A DNA stretch of 64,000 bases, from assembly GCA_964291215.2 (NCBI GenBank), contig OZ219790.1, positions 1,088,001-1,152,000 of the forward strand, in the 5' to 3' direction. The translations under genes were made by a program, and so were the position numbers. Positions 63,331-64,000 of this stretch are shown piece after piece. The notes beneath the pieces are model-generated. The model saw only the letters and a program-made list of their open reading frames with translations, was not told the DNA's origin and ran no database searches. This stretch comes from Alphaproteobacteria bacterium. GTDB lineage: Bacteria; Pseudomonadota; Alphaproteobacteria; MPNO01; UBA830. Position 1 is the stretch's first letter. Every line of letters begins with the position of its first letter.

Positions 63331-64000
63331 TCATGTCGCGACGGTGGCGTCCTCGATCACCAGTTGCGCCCGGCGATTACCCCGCCACGAATCTATGTCC
63401 GGATGCCCTGCCAGATGGAGCGGAGCGCCAGCGTTGTCGATCAGAATCTTGCCGAGTATGGTACCGGCAGATCGAAAGGCAATGGCACTGAGCCGCTCTC
63501 CACCCTCGGCCCGCTGAAGGAAACATCGGACATGGTCGCGGCCGACTACCCTGGCATGGACGGGTCTGACCGCCGGCAACGCCAGGCGTGGACGCGGATT
63601 TCCCGGTCCAAACGGCCCCGCCGCTTCAAGCTGCTCGATCAGCTCGGTCGTCACGCCACCGGGAGTCACCACAGCATCGATGCCGATCTCGGGAGAGAGG
63701 CCGGCGTCCCCGAGTTGTTCAGCCGCCCGGGTGGCAAGAAAACGGTGAAGCTCACCGAGCCTGTCCTCGCGGACGGTGAATCCCGCCGCCATCTCGTGGC
63801 CACCGCCATCAATGAGCAGGCCTGCGGCGCGGGCAGCGACAACAGCGGGCCCCAAGGCAACGCCGCGCACCGAACGGCCCGAGCCCTTGCCGATACCGTC
63901 GTGCAGCGAGACAACGCAAGCGGGACGATCAAAGGTCTCCCTGAGCCGGGAAGCAACGATTCCAATCACGCCGGGATGCCAGCCCTCAGACGCCACTAGG
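63331..64000 (-). CDS. recJ: ssDNA exonuclease RecJ, C-terminal part (runs off the window)
   Basis: WHPGVIGIVASRL, GKGSGRS, GGH.MAAG, GPFG.GNP.P. Confidence 0.93.
   Translation of the reverse strand, partial: LVASEGWHPGVIGIVASRLRETFDRPACVVSLHDGIGKGSGRSVRGVALGPAVVAARAAGLLIDGGGHEMAAGFTVREDRLGELHRFLATRAAEQLGDAGLSPEIGIDAVVTPGGVTTELIEQLEAAGPFGPGNPRPRLALPAVRPVHARVVGRDHVRCFLQRAEGGERLSAIAFRSAGTILGKILIDNAGAPLHLAGHPDIDSWRGNRRAQLVIEDATVAT

Overview
GC-rich alphaproteobacterial DNA, Rhodospirillales-like by gene content. A sponge/invertebrate-symbiont lifestyle is inferred, not shown, from the FN3/Calx-beta autotransporter, RTX proteins, PhyH dioxygenase and heavy IS load. Intact housekeeping blocks are 4.5-18.2 kb (IOR alpha/beta, PhyH, DUF2889, HlyC/CorC, aroB, aroK, xerD, accA) and 62.4-64 kb (tRNA-Glu, DUF2062, recJ). 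They flank a ~44 kb accessory region holding an autotransporter pseudogene, three RTX genes, a GIY-YIG nuclease, catabolic genes, sbmA/bacA and many nested mobile elements (4x IS66, 3x IS256, 2x DUF4338-ISAs1, IS630, IS5, IS30, IS3, ISAzo13, a group II intron and integrase remnants). The most striking pattern is that the mobile elements keep their ends, and most keep exact target-site duplications, but are riddled with deletions of a narrow size class (5-7 bp, mostly 6 bp) that differ between copies. Other pseudogenes in the window show only point mutations or single-base frameshifts. This is either an undescribed repeat-inactivating process or an assembly artefact. Also notable: a DNA-methyltransferase gene remnant translationally coupled to the IS66 transposase, a poly-C tract between the -35 and -10 boxes of the RTX promoter, and a 41-bp direct repeat bracketing the RTX pair.
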